Assembly: GCA_016178505.1 (NCBI GenBank)
Contig: JACOTG010000201.1
Location: 2,413 to 66,412, forward strand
DNA length: 64,000 nt
Reading direction: 5' to 3'
DNA from: Planctomycetota bacterium
Lineage (GTDB): Bacteria > Planctomycetota > JACOTG01
Position 1 is the stretch's first letter. The number at the start of each line of letters is the position of its first letter. Position numbers and translations under genes: made by a program. Below the pieces are notes generated by a model, which was not told where the DNA came from, did no database searches, and saw only the letters and a list, made by a program, of their open reading frames with translations. Positions 10,402 through 19,403 of this stretch are shown in pieces.

Positions 10402-12444
10402 ATGCCAGACATGGATCGAAGAACATTCTGCTTCAGCATCATCACTGTTAGCATGACAGCGTGGGCGAGTCTGTGCCGGGCTGATCAACCCTTGACAGGA
10501 GATCTGAACTTCGATCGCGTCATCGATGTGTCCGATTTCAGTCTGCTATATGGTTACATCCAGGGAAACAATGGGTTAAGTACGGATCAGCTCGCTGTCG
10601 CCGACATCAATCACGACGGTGTCGTGGATCTGATGGATGTCCGACGCGGGATGACTCGGTATGGCCGCCGTGTTCACTTCGAAGTTCCGCCGTTCGACCC
10701 GTTCGATCCAGCACGTCCAGTTCTCGACAAAGTCATGCCCGGATTCGGGCCAACCCGAACCCTGGTGACCCTGATCGGGTCCGGATTCGACCCGGTCGCA
10801 GCGAACAACGTGGTCCGGTTGGCGGGCGACGTCATGACCGTATTGTCCGCGTCGGCCACAGCGCTCACATTTCGAGTGCCATCGACTGCGCGGACCGGGA
10901 GCATCACGGTCGAGATCGGTGGGCTCGAAAGCTGCGGGGTCCCGTTCCTCGTGGGCGACGCGCCACCGACGACGAACCCCAACTCGGCGACGATCGGAAG
11001 CGAGGACGTCGGCCTCGTCCTTCCCAGCATTGCGGTTGCGCCGGGCTCTCGAATCGAGATTCCGGTGGAGTTCGATTCCGGCAATCATGATTTGGTCGGC
11101 GTCGATTTTCGCATCACGTTCGATCCGACCGTCCTCCATGCCGTCGAGATGGAGCCACTGCCAACGGTTCGGTTCGGCCAGCACTTCTATCGTTGCATCG
11201 ACAACACGACGGGCGTGATCGCGGGAGCGTTCGGATTCGGCCGGACGCCCGGTCGTGCCGTCCAGGTCGCAAATCTGGTGTTCGACGTCGTCGGGACGCC
11301 GGGTCGAATCGGGACCGTCGGCGGTCGCTTGAATGCCATGGCAGACATGGCGCAGCCAACGACTCTTGCCAGCGGTCCGAGATTCCTTTCGTCGAGTCAG
11401 AGCTTCGTTCTGGTTTCGGACGGGACTTTTTCGGAATCGTTGCGCCTTCTCAGCGAGGCAAGGGTTCACGCGACAGCCAACGCCTTGCCGGATGGACGCG
11501 TCCTCATCGCGGGAGGGGACTCGACGAATGGACAGATCCTCTCGAGCGCGACGATATTCGATCCATCGACGGGCGTCGTCACTCCTCATCCCACGGGAAT
11601 GGCCACCTCACGAACCGGTCATTCGGCGACGACGCTCAGCGACGGGCGGATCGTGATCGCGGGTGGCCGCAGCGTCAACGGACCGTTGTCGTCGATCGAG
11701 ATTTTCGAGCCGAGTTCGAACTCGTTCAGAACGGTTTCGCGACAGCTCTCGTCGGCCCGTTCGGATCATGCGGCGGTCCTCATGGCCGACGGGCGAATCG
11801 CTTGGATTGGCGGGCGGGGCGCGTCTGGCGTTCTTGCGAGCGTCGAGGTGTTCGACCCTGCGCTCGAAACGGTTACACGTCTTTCGCTGCCGATGAACGT
11901 TGCTCGATCCGGCCCGTCGGTCGCGCTCCTCTCGACGGGCAACCTCATCGTCACGGGGGGCGTCGGAACGGACGGGCAAGGGGTCCGTTTGGAGTTGACC
12001 GAGATCTACGATCCGATCGGTCTCTCGACGACTTACATCAACGAGAGTTCGGGTCATCGAGTCGGTGCTTTGCATCGGGCGACGCGCCTTCCGTCGGGGA
12101 CGGTAGTGCTCAGCGGAGAAGGTGAAGCCTCACGGTTCGACGTTTCGGATGGCGAATACGAATCGCTGGCAGTGCTCCGCGACTCACGCACCGGACACGT
12201 TGCGGTGCCGCTTCCCGATGGCGCTCTGTTCGTGAGCGCGGGATACGGAGTTGGAGTCCCGGTGCTCCGTACGAGTGAAATCCTCGGCCGAACCTCGGCT
12301 ACGGTCACGTCGCAAGGACCGTTGCTGTTCACCGCGCGAGCGGAGGCGACGGGAGTCGCGTTTCCGGATGGTCGCGTGGTCGTCGTCGGAGGCCTCGATT
12401 GGAACGGGAATCCGATCGCTTCGGTCGAGGTCATGCGACCCTAG
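10402..12444 (+). CDS. secreted protein with N-terminal dockerin-type Ca-binding repeats, an IPT/TIG domain and a Kelch-type beta-propeller
   Basis: Signal peptide. Dockerin-like DLNFDRVIDVSDFSLL...ADINHDGVVDLMDV. IPT-like PVLDKVMPGFGPTRTLVTLIGSGF. Six or more Kelch-like blades (DGRVLIAGG, DGRIVIAGG, DGRIAWIGG, GNLIVTGG, DGRVVVVGG). Confidence 0.7.
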   Translation: MPDMDRRTFCFSIITVSMTAWASLCRADQPLTGDLNFDRVIDVSDFSLLYGYIQGNNGLSTDQLAVADINHDGVVDLMDVRRGMTRYGRRVHFEVPPFDPFDPARPVLDKVMPGFGPTRTLVTLIGSGFDPVAANNVVRLAGDVMTVLSASATALTFRVPSTARTGSITVEIGGLESCGVPFLVGDAPPTTNPNSATIGSEDVGLVLPSIAVAPGSRIEIPVEFDSGNHDLVGVDFRITFDPTVLHAVEMEPLPTVRFGQHFYRCIDNTTGVIAGAFGFGRTPGRAVQVANLVFDVVGTPGRIGTVGGRLNAMADMAQPTTLASGPRFLSSSQSFVLVSDGTFSESLRLLSEARVHATANALPDGRVLIAGGDSTNGQILSSATIFDPSTGVVTPHPTGMATSRTGHSATTLSDGRIVIAGGRSVNGPLSSIEIFEPSSNSFRTVSRQLSSARSDHAAVLMADGRIAWIGGRGASGVLASVEVFDPALETVTRLSLPMNVARSGPSVALLSTGNLIVTGGVGTDGQGVRLELTEIYDPIGLSTTYINESSGHRVGALHRATRLPSGTVVLSGEGEASRFDVSDGEYESLAVLRDSRTGHVAVPLPDGALFVSAGYGVGVPVLRTSEILGRTSATVTSQGPLLFTARAEATGVAFPDGRVVVVGGLDWNGNPIASVEVMRP

Positions 12445-12654
12445 CGCGTTCCCGGCGAATCTGATATCGATCGTCGAGCGCGATGCCGGCGTTCGACGGT
12501 CCTCGGGTCCAATCCAACGGCTAAGCACCGACCTTTGCGCCCATCCGCCGCGGAAGCATTCACTCGGCGAAGGTCGGGCTCCGTTCGACGACGTGTGTCC
12601 ACTGCCGACGGTTCATCTCGATTCAATCCGCGGATTTGCCCCATTGGGGTTCGT

Positions 12655-12682
12655 TTGATTCCGTCGGGGCAGCGGGTATAGT
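12655..12682 (+). promoter_or_regulatory. sigma-70-like promoter TTGATT-N16-TATAGT upstream of the prepilin-type gene
   Basis: ttgatt 12655-12660, tatagt 12677-12682. RBS ggagg 8 nt before the ATG at 12730. Confidence 0.4.
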
Positions 12683-12729
12683 CTGTCGCATTTATTATCG
12701 TCACGCAGGGCAACGTGGAGGCGACTGCC

Positions 12730-13413
12730 ATGAGAATCCGCCGAGGAAACCCGGGTTTCACCATGGTCGAGCTGCTCGTCGTGATTGCGGTGATCGCGAC
12801 GATTTCGTCGATCATCTTGCCGAGTCTGCTCGGCGCACGGATGAGCGCCGCTGAGAGCGCGGCGATGGCGACCCTTCGCACCATCTGTTCAGCGGAGACG
12901 AGCTTCCACGAACGCCAGAGCGCCGACCGCGACGCTGATGGCGAGGGCGAGTACGGATTCCTCGCGGAAATGGCGGGCACCGTGATTCCGCCCCGGGCCG
13001 TGCAAGTCGTCAACCCGCCGATGCTCCCGAACTCCTTCCGCGTGATGAGCTCCGGGTACGTGAGCCGAACGGGCTATCTGTTCCGAGTGGTCCTCCCGGG
13101 CCTCGGCGGCGTTCCCGCCACCGAGGCGGCGACGGGAGGCGAGGACGCGGCGGCGCCGGTCGATTCGAACTTGGCCGAGGCGATCTGGGTCGCCTACTGC
13201 TGGCCGTCCGTCCGCGGCACGACGGGATTCCGAGCGTTCATGGTGAACCAGAGCGGTGCGATCATGCAGACCGACAACGTCGTCCAGGGCTACACCGGGT
13301 ACACGACGCCGATCACACCCGACGCCGCGTTTACGTCGCCGAACAACATCGCGTCGCCGGTCGCATTCAACGCTGCGGGCAACGACGGAGGAATCTGGAA
13401 GCCGGTGCGCTAG
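12730..13413 (+). CDS. prepilin-type N-terminal cleavage/methylation domain protein (type II secretion pseudopilin / type IV pilin-like)
   Basis: MRIRRGNPGFTMVELLVVIAVIATISSIILPSL is the classic prepilin peptidase motif (G|FT.E) followed by a hydrophobic helix. Start moved to the ATG with RBS (ORF track starts at GTG 12715). Confidence 0.65.
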   Translation: MRIRRGNPGFTMVELLVVIAVIATISSIILPSLLGARMSAAESAAMATLRTICSAETSFHERQSADRDADGEGEYGFLAEMAGTVIPPRAVQVVNPPMLPNSFRVMSSGYVSRTGYLFRVVLPGLGGVPATEAATGGEDAAAPVDSNLAEAIWVAYCWPSVRGTTGFRAFMVNQSGAIMQTDNVVQGYTGYTTPITPDAAFTSPNNIASPVAFNAAGNDGGIWKPVR

Positions 13414-13442
13414 ACTTTTCATCGCAGATTGCGAAACGCATA

Positions 13443-13473
13443 ATGCCGAGGTGAACCGCACCTCGGCATTTTT
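13443..13473 (+). terminator. rho-independent terminator after the prepilin-type gene
   Basis: atgccgaggtg / cacctcggcat 11-bp stem with aaccg loop, followed by tttt. Confidence 0.6.
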
Positions 13474-13474
13474 C

Positions 13475-14488
13475 GTGGCCGGAGTCGACGACCTCGTCGA
13501 TGTCATCGTGCGCGCAACGGTGCGCCACGAGTTCACGACCTACCTCATCGGCAGTCGGCTCCCGTCCTCGCTGGAGCCCGGAGCGGCGCGTGAGACCAAG
13601 CGGTTGCTCCACGCGGACATCTCGAGTGCGCTCGATCGGAAGTGGTTCGGACGACGAGTCGATTTCGACGATCCCGAAATTCGAATCCTCGTCGACGTCA
13701 CCCACCGAGAGGCGACGGTTTGGTCAGCGCCGGCGTGGCTGGTTGGTCGCTATCGGAAGTTCGACCGAGAGCTCCCGCAGAGTCGCTGGCCTTGCCGCCG
13801 TTGCCGCGGCTCCGGATGCGAGCGTTGCCTCGGCACCGGCAAGACCTACGTCGAGAGCGTCGAGGAAGCGATCGGCGGTACGGCGCTCCTGGCGTGCGAA
13901 GGTGTGGCGACTCGATTCCACGCCGTCGGCCGCGAGGACGTCGACGCTCGGATGCTGGGGACCGGCCGGCCGTTCGTCCTCGAGATCGTGGAGCCGCTGC
14001 GTCGAGCTGCGGATCTCGACCCCATCCAGCGAGTCGTGACCGAAACGTGGGCGGGGCGAGTCGGCGTCAGCGGACTTCGTTGGGGAAGCGCTCACGACGC
14101 CGAAGCCGTCAAGGCTCGGGAATGCGAGAAGAGCTATCGGGTCGTGATTGCCGCGCCGCGTCCGCTGTGTTCCGAGGATGCGGCTCGCATCGCGGATTTG
14201 ACGTCGGCCGAGCTGAAGCAGGAGACTCCGAATCGGGTTCTTCATCGACGGGGCGACGTGCGTCGACGACGACGAGTCTTTCGAGCGGAAGCACGTTCGA
14301 TCCGCGGAGGTCTCATCGAGGCGCGCTTCCGGGTCCAATCGGGAACCTACGTCAAGGAGCTGGTCTCGGGGGACTCGGGCCGAACGACCCCGAGTGTCTC
14401 GGCGCTTCTCGGCACGGCGTGCCGGGTTCTCTTACTCGACGTCGTCGCCGTTCACGATGACATCACCGCGCTCCCCCACGACTCATGA
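13475..14488 (+). CDS. tRNA pseudouridine synthase Pus10 family (archaeal/eukaryotic-type psi54/psi55 synthase) homologue; start uncertain
   Basis: Zn ribbon CRRCRGSGCERCLGTG. Signature AVGREDVDARMLGTGRPFVLEI (catalytic Asp region of Pus10) and YVKELVSGDSGRTTPSVSALLG. The ORF track N-terminus (from 13256) overlaps the pilin gene and terminator. The first in-frame GTG after the terminator is 13475; 13508 and 13520 are alternatives. Confidence 0.55.
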   Translation: MAGVDDLVDVIVRATVRHEFTTYLIGSRLPSSLEPGAARETKRLLHADISSALDRKWFGRRVDFDDPEIRILVDVTHREATVWSAPAWLVGRYRKFDRELPQSRWPCRRCRGSGCERCLGTGKTYVESVEEAIGGTALLACEGVATRFHAVGREDVDARMLGTGRPFVLEIVEPLRRAADLDPIQRVVTETWAGRVGVSGLRWGSAHDAEAVKARECEKSYRVVIAAPRPLCSEDAARIADLTSAELKQETPNRVLHRRGDVRRRRRVFRAEARSIRGGLIEARFRVQSGTYVKELVSGDSGRTTPSVSALLGTACRVLLLDVVAVHDDITALPHDS

Positions 14489-15033
14489 GCTGGTTTGGCT
14501 TTTTCCTCAACCTCGCTCTCGTCGCAGGGCTTGCGTTCGGCGTCTACTCTTGGTGGAAGTGGCGCCAAGCGGTCCGCGCGCGGCGATTTCGCCTCGATCC
14601 CGTGTCGTCGCCTCCCGGCCCGTGGGTTCGTGCGACGCGATGGTTGTTCGAGTCACTCATCGTGCTCGAAGTCCTGTTGGCGATCGCACACCTTGGCGGC
14701 GGCGTGAGCTCGTTCGCCGACGTCGTTTCCGGCGGAGCGACGAATCGCTTGCTCGTGGCGGTCGACCTCGTTTTCTTCGTTTTTCTGCTGCGATCGGACG
14801 TCGTGTCGAGCGCGGCTCTCTTGTGCGACGACGCGATCCGGATGGGGTGGGGCATTGCTGCGCGTTACGGCGAGGTGGAATCGGTCGAGTGGCTCGGCGC
14901 GGACCTTCTCGTCGTGCGGACGCATTCGGCACGCCTCGCTTTCTCGGTGCGCGAACGCGAGCGCGAGTCGGTTGCCCGATTCATCGGTGAGAAAACCGGA
15001 AAGGTCGTGGCCGTTCGGTCAGATCGCTCCTGA
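14485..15033 (+). CDS. hypothetical membrane protein (4 predicted TM helices), start overlaps the Pus10 stop (ATGA)
   Basis: ORF with hydrophobic segments LNLALVAGLAFGVYSWW, LIVLEVLLAIAHLGG, LLVAVDLVFFVFLL. ATGA overlap suggests co-translation with the upstream gene. Confidence 0.4.
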   Translation: MSWFGFFLNLALVAGLAFGVYSWWKWRQAVRARRFRLDPVSSPPGPWVRATRWLFESLIVLEVLLAIAHLGGGVSSFADVVSGGATNRLLVAVDLVFFVFLLRSDVVSSAALLCDDAIRMGWGIAARYGEVESVEWLGADLLVVRTHSARLAFSVRERERESVARFIGEKTGKVVAVRSDRS

Positions 15034-15541
15034 ACCGGGCGTTCTCGGGCGGGCGAACAGGACGAACACCGCCCATAACACGACCGGGAAGAACAGAATG
15101 CCCATCGTGCTGAAAAACGTGTGAAGGAAACGATAGATCGCCGCCGTTCCGGGAGCGATTGGGGCGAGTCCGAGCGCCGCGTAGTTGAATTGAAGCTCGA
15201 AAAAAACGGCGAGCACTTGAGTGAGCAGTAGCAGGGGAAACGCCAGCGCCGCGCGTACCGATGCGGAGAGAAGTGGTAGGTCGGTAGCCCCGAGAAAGAG
15301 CGCCAAGAACGTCGTCACGTCGAAATGTCCGGCCGTTCCCTTGAACGGAATCACCGACTCGCCGCCGCCCGCGGCGCGAAGGACGATCTGGATCCTGTCG
15401 CCGCGGACTCCGATGCTCTCGAGAAGTCCCTGTGGGTCGATCGGGGGGAGAACGAGGTTCGATGCGCTAGCGAGGAGCCAGTCCAGCAACGGCGAGGCCA
15501 ACCACCACACTCCAAACGCGACGGCGTACGCGAACGCGAAC
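15019..15541 (-). CDS. hypothetical polytopic membrane protein downstream of the exosortase-like gene (start undefined, possibly GTG/TTG or a frameshifted continuation)
   Basis: Hydrophobic, codon-plausible reading FAFAYAVAFGVWWLASPLL...ILFFPVVLWAVFVLFA. No ATG until near the C-terminus. The N-terminal Arg-rich part of the 275-aa ORF overlaps gene 15542..16090 in another frame and is rejected. Confidence 0.3.
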
Positions 15542-16090
15542 CTAGCGAGCCTCCGCCGCCAGGTCGCCGGTCGGGGGACGGAACGTCGTTCGGGCCCAGA
15601 GGGCCCAGACTCCGAAGACGAATGCGATGAAGAACGTTTGCCAGACATACACGTGTATGAACTCGAACGCGGAACTCTCGCGACTCGCCAGGTAGAATAG
15701 CGTGACGACCCGCACCAAGTTGAGCAGGAATATCGCCGGCAAGCCCACCAGGAGACCCAAGCCGCGAGAACGCCACGATGCCGGAAACGCGACGATGGCA
15801 GCAACGAACAGGATCCACTCGTACGTGACGTCGCATCCGTGCGCAATGGTGATCGCCGAGCCGCTCGAGGGAACCAGCGTCAATCCGTTTCGAACGACGG
15901 CTTCGCCGAGGACCTCGAGCACACAGGCCGCACTGGCAGCGGTCGCGCTCATGAACGGCTCGACGACCGCATCCTCGAGCGCGGGAACGAAGAGGAGCGC
16001 GAAGAGCACGATGACGATTCCGCCGAAGCGCAAGCAGAAGCGAAGTGGCGCGGAGCGCGTCCCAATCCGCCCGGATTCGGTCGAAGGCAT
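15542..16090 (-). CDS. putative minimal exosortase/archaeosortase-family membrane protein
   Basis: 5 TM helices. ITIAHGCDVTYEWILF (Cys in a TM helix, cf. the exosortase ACSG motif) followed about 45 aa later by FLLNLVRVVTLF (N-x-x-R motif, conserved Arg). Resemblance judged by eye only. Confidence 0.35.
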   Translation of the reverse strand: MPSTESGRIGTRSAPLRFCLRFGGIVIVLFALLFVPALEDAVVEPFMSATAASAACVLEVLGEAVVRNGLTLVPSSGSAITIAHGCDVTYEWILFVAAIVAFPASWRSRGLGLLVGLPAIFLLNLVRVVTLFYLASRESSAFEFIHVYVWQTFFIAFVFGVWALWARTTFRPPTGDLAAEAR

Positions 16091-16146
16091 GGGCGCAAGC
16101 TAGCGGTGCCGGATTCCAGCGTCAAGGCAAGCCGCGGCGAGATCGC

Positions 16147-17718
16147 GTGACGCGTCGCGTCCGGATCGTCGTCGTCCTTGCGTGCGTCGTGGTCTCTGGT
16201 GGAGTCCTGCGGCACTTCGATCAACACCCGATCGATCTCACGCGCTTTGCGCCCGCCGACGCGAGCGTCGCCCCACACGAGCCACCGCGCGGCATTGCGG
16301 GTGGAGCGCTCCTCGTCGTTTCACCTGAGGTCGTGGCACGCGCGTCGGGCGCGGACGCGAGCTTCGCGTGGCTCGACATCCTGGAGAACGAGTACGGCGC
16401 CACACGTTGGATTCGTGCGGACGAATTGTCCCGCGACGCCGGCGCCGTGACCCTGGCCGTCGTGTCGCGAAGTGCAGCGTCGGACATCGACGCCCGCGCG
16501 CTCGATCGGCTCGCGACACGCGCACTCGTGATCGTCATCGACGTCGACGGATCGGACGCAGCGCGCCCAGCGCATGCCGGGTCCGCGCCGATCATCGCCG
16601 TCGACGACCTGGCAAACCGCGTCGCGCGTCGCCGCCAGGGTCTCCTCGGATCGCGACAGACGATCGACAAGAGACTGGGGCGCTACCCGCAGGTGCGAGA
16701 ACCCGAGGACCTCCTCGAATCGCCAGATTCGCTCGACCGAGAGTTTCCCGACGCCGACCGACTCGTCGCCGACCTCGCCGCTCGAATCGACACGCTCGTG
16801 GCGATTCCGCGCCTAGCGATGCACCCGGCAGGATTCGCGGGAACGTTTCTGATGACGCACGACGAGGACGAACAAGGCGGCGCTTCGACTCTTTCTCTCC
16901 TGCGACGAGAAGCCGAGTGGGGCGGCCGTTCGACGGTGTTCCTCGTTCCGTCGGGCCGACTCTGGGAGTCCTGGTCCGATGCCGAGATCGCCGAGGCCAG
17001 ACGGCTCGGCGCGGATCTCGAGCTCCATTGGAATCGCTTCGCGATGCCCGCGGGCGTGTGGAAGGTCGAGCCGTACAAGACCGTGTACCGCCTCTCGACG
17101 CAGCGCGAGACGTTGCGCCGGCGCGGGCTCGAAGCCACGATGAACCGCACGCACTACCTCCACCTCGGATCGGATCTCTCGGAGTTCTTTCGCACGCTCG
17201 ACGCGGCCGGCATCGAAGTGGACGCGACCTTCGGTCCGAATCGCGCCGGGCGTGGCCACCTGTTCGGAACGGCGCGGCCATTCCATCCGATCGATCGGAC
17301 CGGCCTGCCGTCGCCCGTGATGGAGGTTCCGTTCCAGACGCAGGAAGATTGGGGCGGCGTCGACGAAGCGTTCTTGGCTCGGCTCTTTCGTCAGAGCGCC
17401 GACGTGGATCACTAGACTCTCGCGGCGATCATTCACCCCCACCTCATCGTGCGCGACGATGCCGGCGCCCGCCTTCACCGGCGTCTCTTCGAGCTCGCGC
17501 GCGAGACGCAGCATTGGGTCGCAAACCTCGGGGACTATCTTGCGTTTCGCCGCGCGCGACTCGCGACCGTCATCCGGTTCACCCGTGCGCCGGACGGTCG
17601 CGTTGTCGCTCTCGACGTCGACGTTCCGGATGGCGTGCCACCGATGGCTCTTCGGGTTCCGAAACGCGCGCCTCTGACGCTGCTCGCCGGCCCGCACCAC
17701 GTAACGCTCGAGGACTGA
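16147..17718 (+). pseudogene. membrane-anchored polysaccharide-deacetylase-like / hypothetical protein interrupted by a single in-frame TAG at 17413-17415 (pseudogene, split gene or sequencing error)
   Basis: ORFs 16045..17415 and 17449..17718 are in the same frame with no other stop between them. Sequence continuity across the stop (...SADVDH*TLAAIIHPHLIVRDDAGARLHRRLFELARE...). N-terminal TM anchor VRIVVVLACVVVSGGVL. Likely start GTG ~16147. Confidence 0.4.
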
Positions 17719-17770
17719 TCTCGCCGCGAGTCGATCGAGTGCGAAACGAGTGGGCGAGAGCCGAACGGCT

Positions 17771-19135
17771 TCAGGAAGCGCGACGGAAGAGGAACGCCGT
17801 GTAGAGGGCGATCATTGCTGCCAGCGCCGCGATCCCGAGGGGGCCGATCGCGGAAACCTCCATCGGCGGCGGCGGGGGTGCGGCGAACCGCTGAGCGAAG
17901 ATCCCGTCGGATTCACCGTCGGCGCCGCTTCGATCCTCGAATGCGATGACGGCCTCGCCGGAGTCCGCGACCGCCACCGATGGCGCTGCCTGGTCCAGGT
18001 TCACCGTCGAGTTGACGCGAAACGCGGGACCCATCGCCGCTCCGCTGGCGGCGAAACACCGCGCAAAGATTCCCGAGCCGCTTCCGTCGCGACCGCTCGT
18101 CTCGATCCACGCAACCGTGACGCGGCCCTCGTCGTCGATTCCGACGGGAGACGGAAATTGGTTGCCCGAGACGACGTCGTTCGCGCGCACCTGGCCCGTG
18201 GTCGGTTGACCGAAGCGATCGAACGCGCGGAAGTAGACGCCGGCGCCGTCGCCGTCGAGGCCCGACCAGTCCGTCCATGCAACGACGAACCGGCCGTCTC
18301 GCGTCATCGCGACGTAGGGGTCCTTTTGATCGCCGGCGACGACGACAGGCGCGGCGACATCGCCCGTCCGAGGCGTGCCACCCGCGCCGAACAATCGAAA
18401 GAAGACGCCATGCCCCGAGCCGTCGGCCGCACCACGATCCATCCACGCGATGACGCAGCGCCCGTCCGCGGCCATCGCGATCGCCGGCCCCACCTGGTTG
18501 CTCTGGGTTCGAACGTTGACGAGAACTTGCGGGCCGCGCGGCGTGCCATCGGCCAAGAAGAAACGCGCCCAGACGTCCGGCGTCCCCCCATTCGTGGAGT
18601 CGACCCACGCGATGGCAAAGTTACCGGCGGAATCCATTGCCGCCTGCGGCTGGAACTGGGAGCCGGCGACGATCGACGGCACCACGAACTCGGGACCCGC
18701 GCGTACGCCGTCGCTCGTGTACCGTTGTGCGATCACGCCGAGCGCGTCGCCATCTCGGCCGTTGTAATCGGTCCATGCGACGACGAAGTCACCGGAGTCG
18801 TCGATTGCGACTGTGGGTTCGTTCTGTGTCCCGGCCGTGGTCGCATTGGCCACGTGCTCGCCCGTGATCGGGGCTCCGTCCGCGCCGTATGCGCGCACGG
18901 AAACATTGAGTCCGGTCCCGTTCGACCACGTGACGACGAATTGCCCGATTCGGTTCATCGCGACCTCGGGCTGATTCTGCGCCCCTCGAGTCGTCTCGTT
19001 GACGCGAAATTCGCCGCCCTCAGTGCCTCCCCCCGCCGCGTATGCGACGCGTGACGCCAACGCCAACGCGAGCACGAGCCATTCGATGGACCAGCCACGG
19101 CCCGCACGGTGAGACGGCTCAGGAGCGTGATTCAA
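17771..19135 (-). CDS. secreted seven-repeat (beta-propeller-like) protein with C-terminal PEP-CTERM-like sorting signal
   Basis: Signal peptide. Seven ~48-aa repeats centred on FVVAWTD / G.DGDG.GV. C-terminus PPPPPMEVSAIGPLGIAALAAMIALYTAFLFRRAS (Pro-rich / PME motif, TM helix, basic end). Confidence 0.5.
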   Translation of the reverse strand: MNHAPEPSHRAGRGWSIEWLVLALALASRVAYAAGGGTEGGEFRVNETTRGAQNQPEVAMNRIGQFVVTWSNGTGLNVSVRAYGADGAPITGEHVANATTAGTQNEPTVAIDDSGDFVVAWTDYNGRDGDALGVIAQRYTSDGVRAGPEFVVPSIVAGSQFQPQAAMDSAGNFAIAWVDSTNGGTPDVWARFFLADGTPRGPQVLVNVRTQSNQVGPAIAMAADGRCVIAWMDRGAADGSGHGVFFRLFGAGGTPRTGDVAAPVVVAGDQKDPYVAMTRDGRFVVAWTDWSGLDGDGAGVYFRAFDRFGQPTTGQVRANDVVSGNQFPSPVGIDDEGRVTVAWIETSGRDGSGSGIFARCFAASGAAMGPAFRVNSTVNLDQAAPSVAVADSGEAVIAFEDRSGADGESDGIFAQRFAAPPPPPMEVSAIGPLGIAALAAMIALYTAFLFRRAS

Positions 19136-19403
19136 CGGTCTTCTGGACCCCCTTGGAGGATGCTTGAACGGTCGACAGTCTGTCCGCGCCGTGCGCCACG
19201 GTCAAGCCCGCCTTGCCGGTCCGACGTCGCTCCGTGCCGATGCGAAACGTCGGGTCCGGCTCGGATTGCGCGGCTGTCACGAAGCCCTTACAATCCGAGT
19301 CCGAGAATCGATGAGCGACCGTCCGCGTCGGTCGGGCCGTTGCTCGCTGCGGGGAGTTCTTGGAGACGCCGGCTCGAATCATCGTCGTTTGCGCGTGGAA
19401 ACC

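Noticed and set aside
16045-16146. N-terminal 34 aa of ORF 16045..17415 (MARSASQSARIRSKAWAQ...)
   Set aside because: Overlaps the divergent exosortase-like gene start region and is low-complexity. A GTG at ~16147 preceding the TM anchor is the more plausible start.
17750-19054. 434-aa + ORF and 231-aa - ORF overlapping the repeat protein
   Set aside because: Antisense/alternate frame of the repeat-containing secreted protein. Arg/Gly-rich junk.
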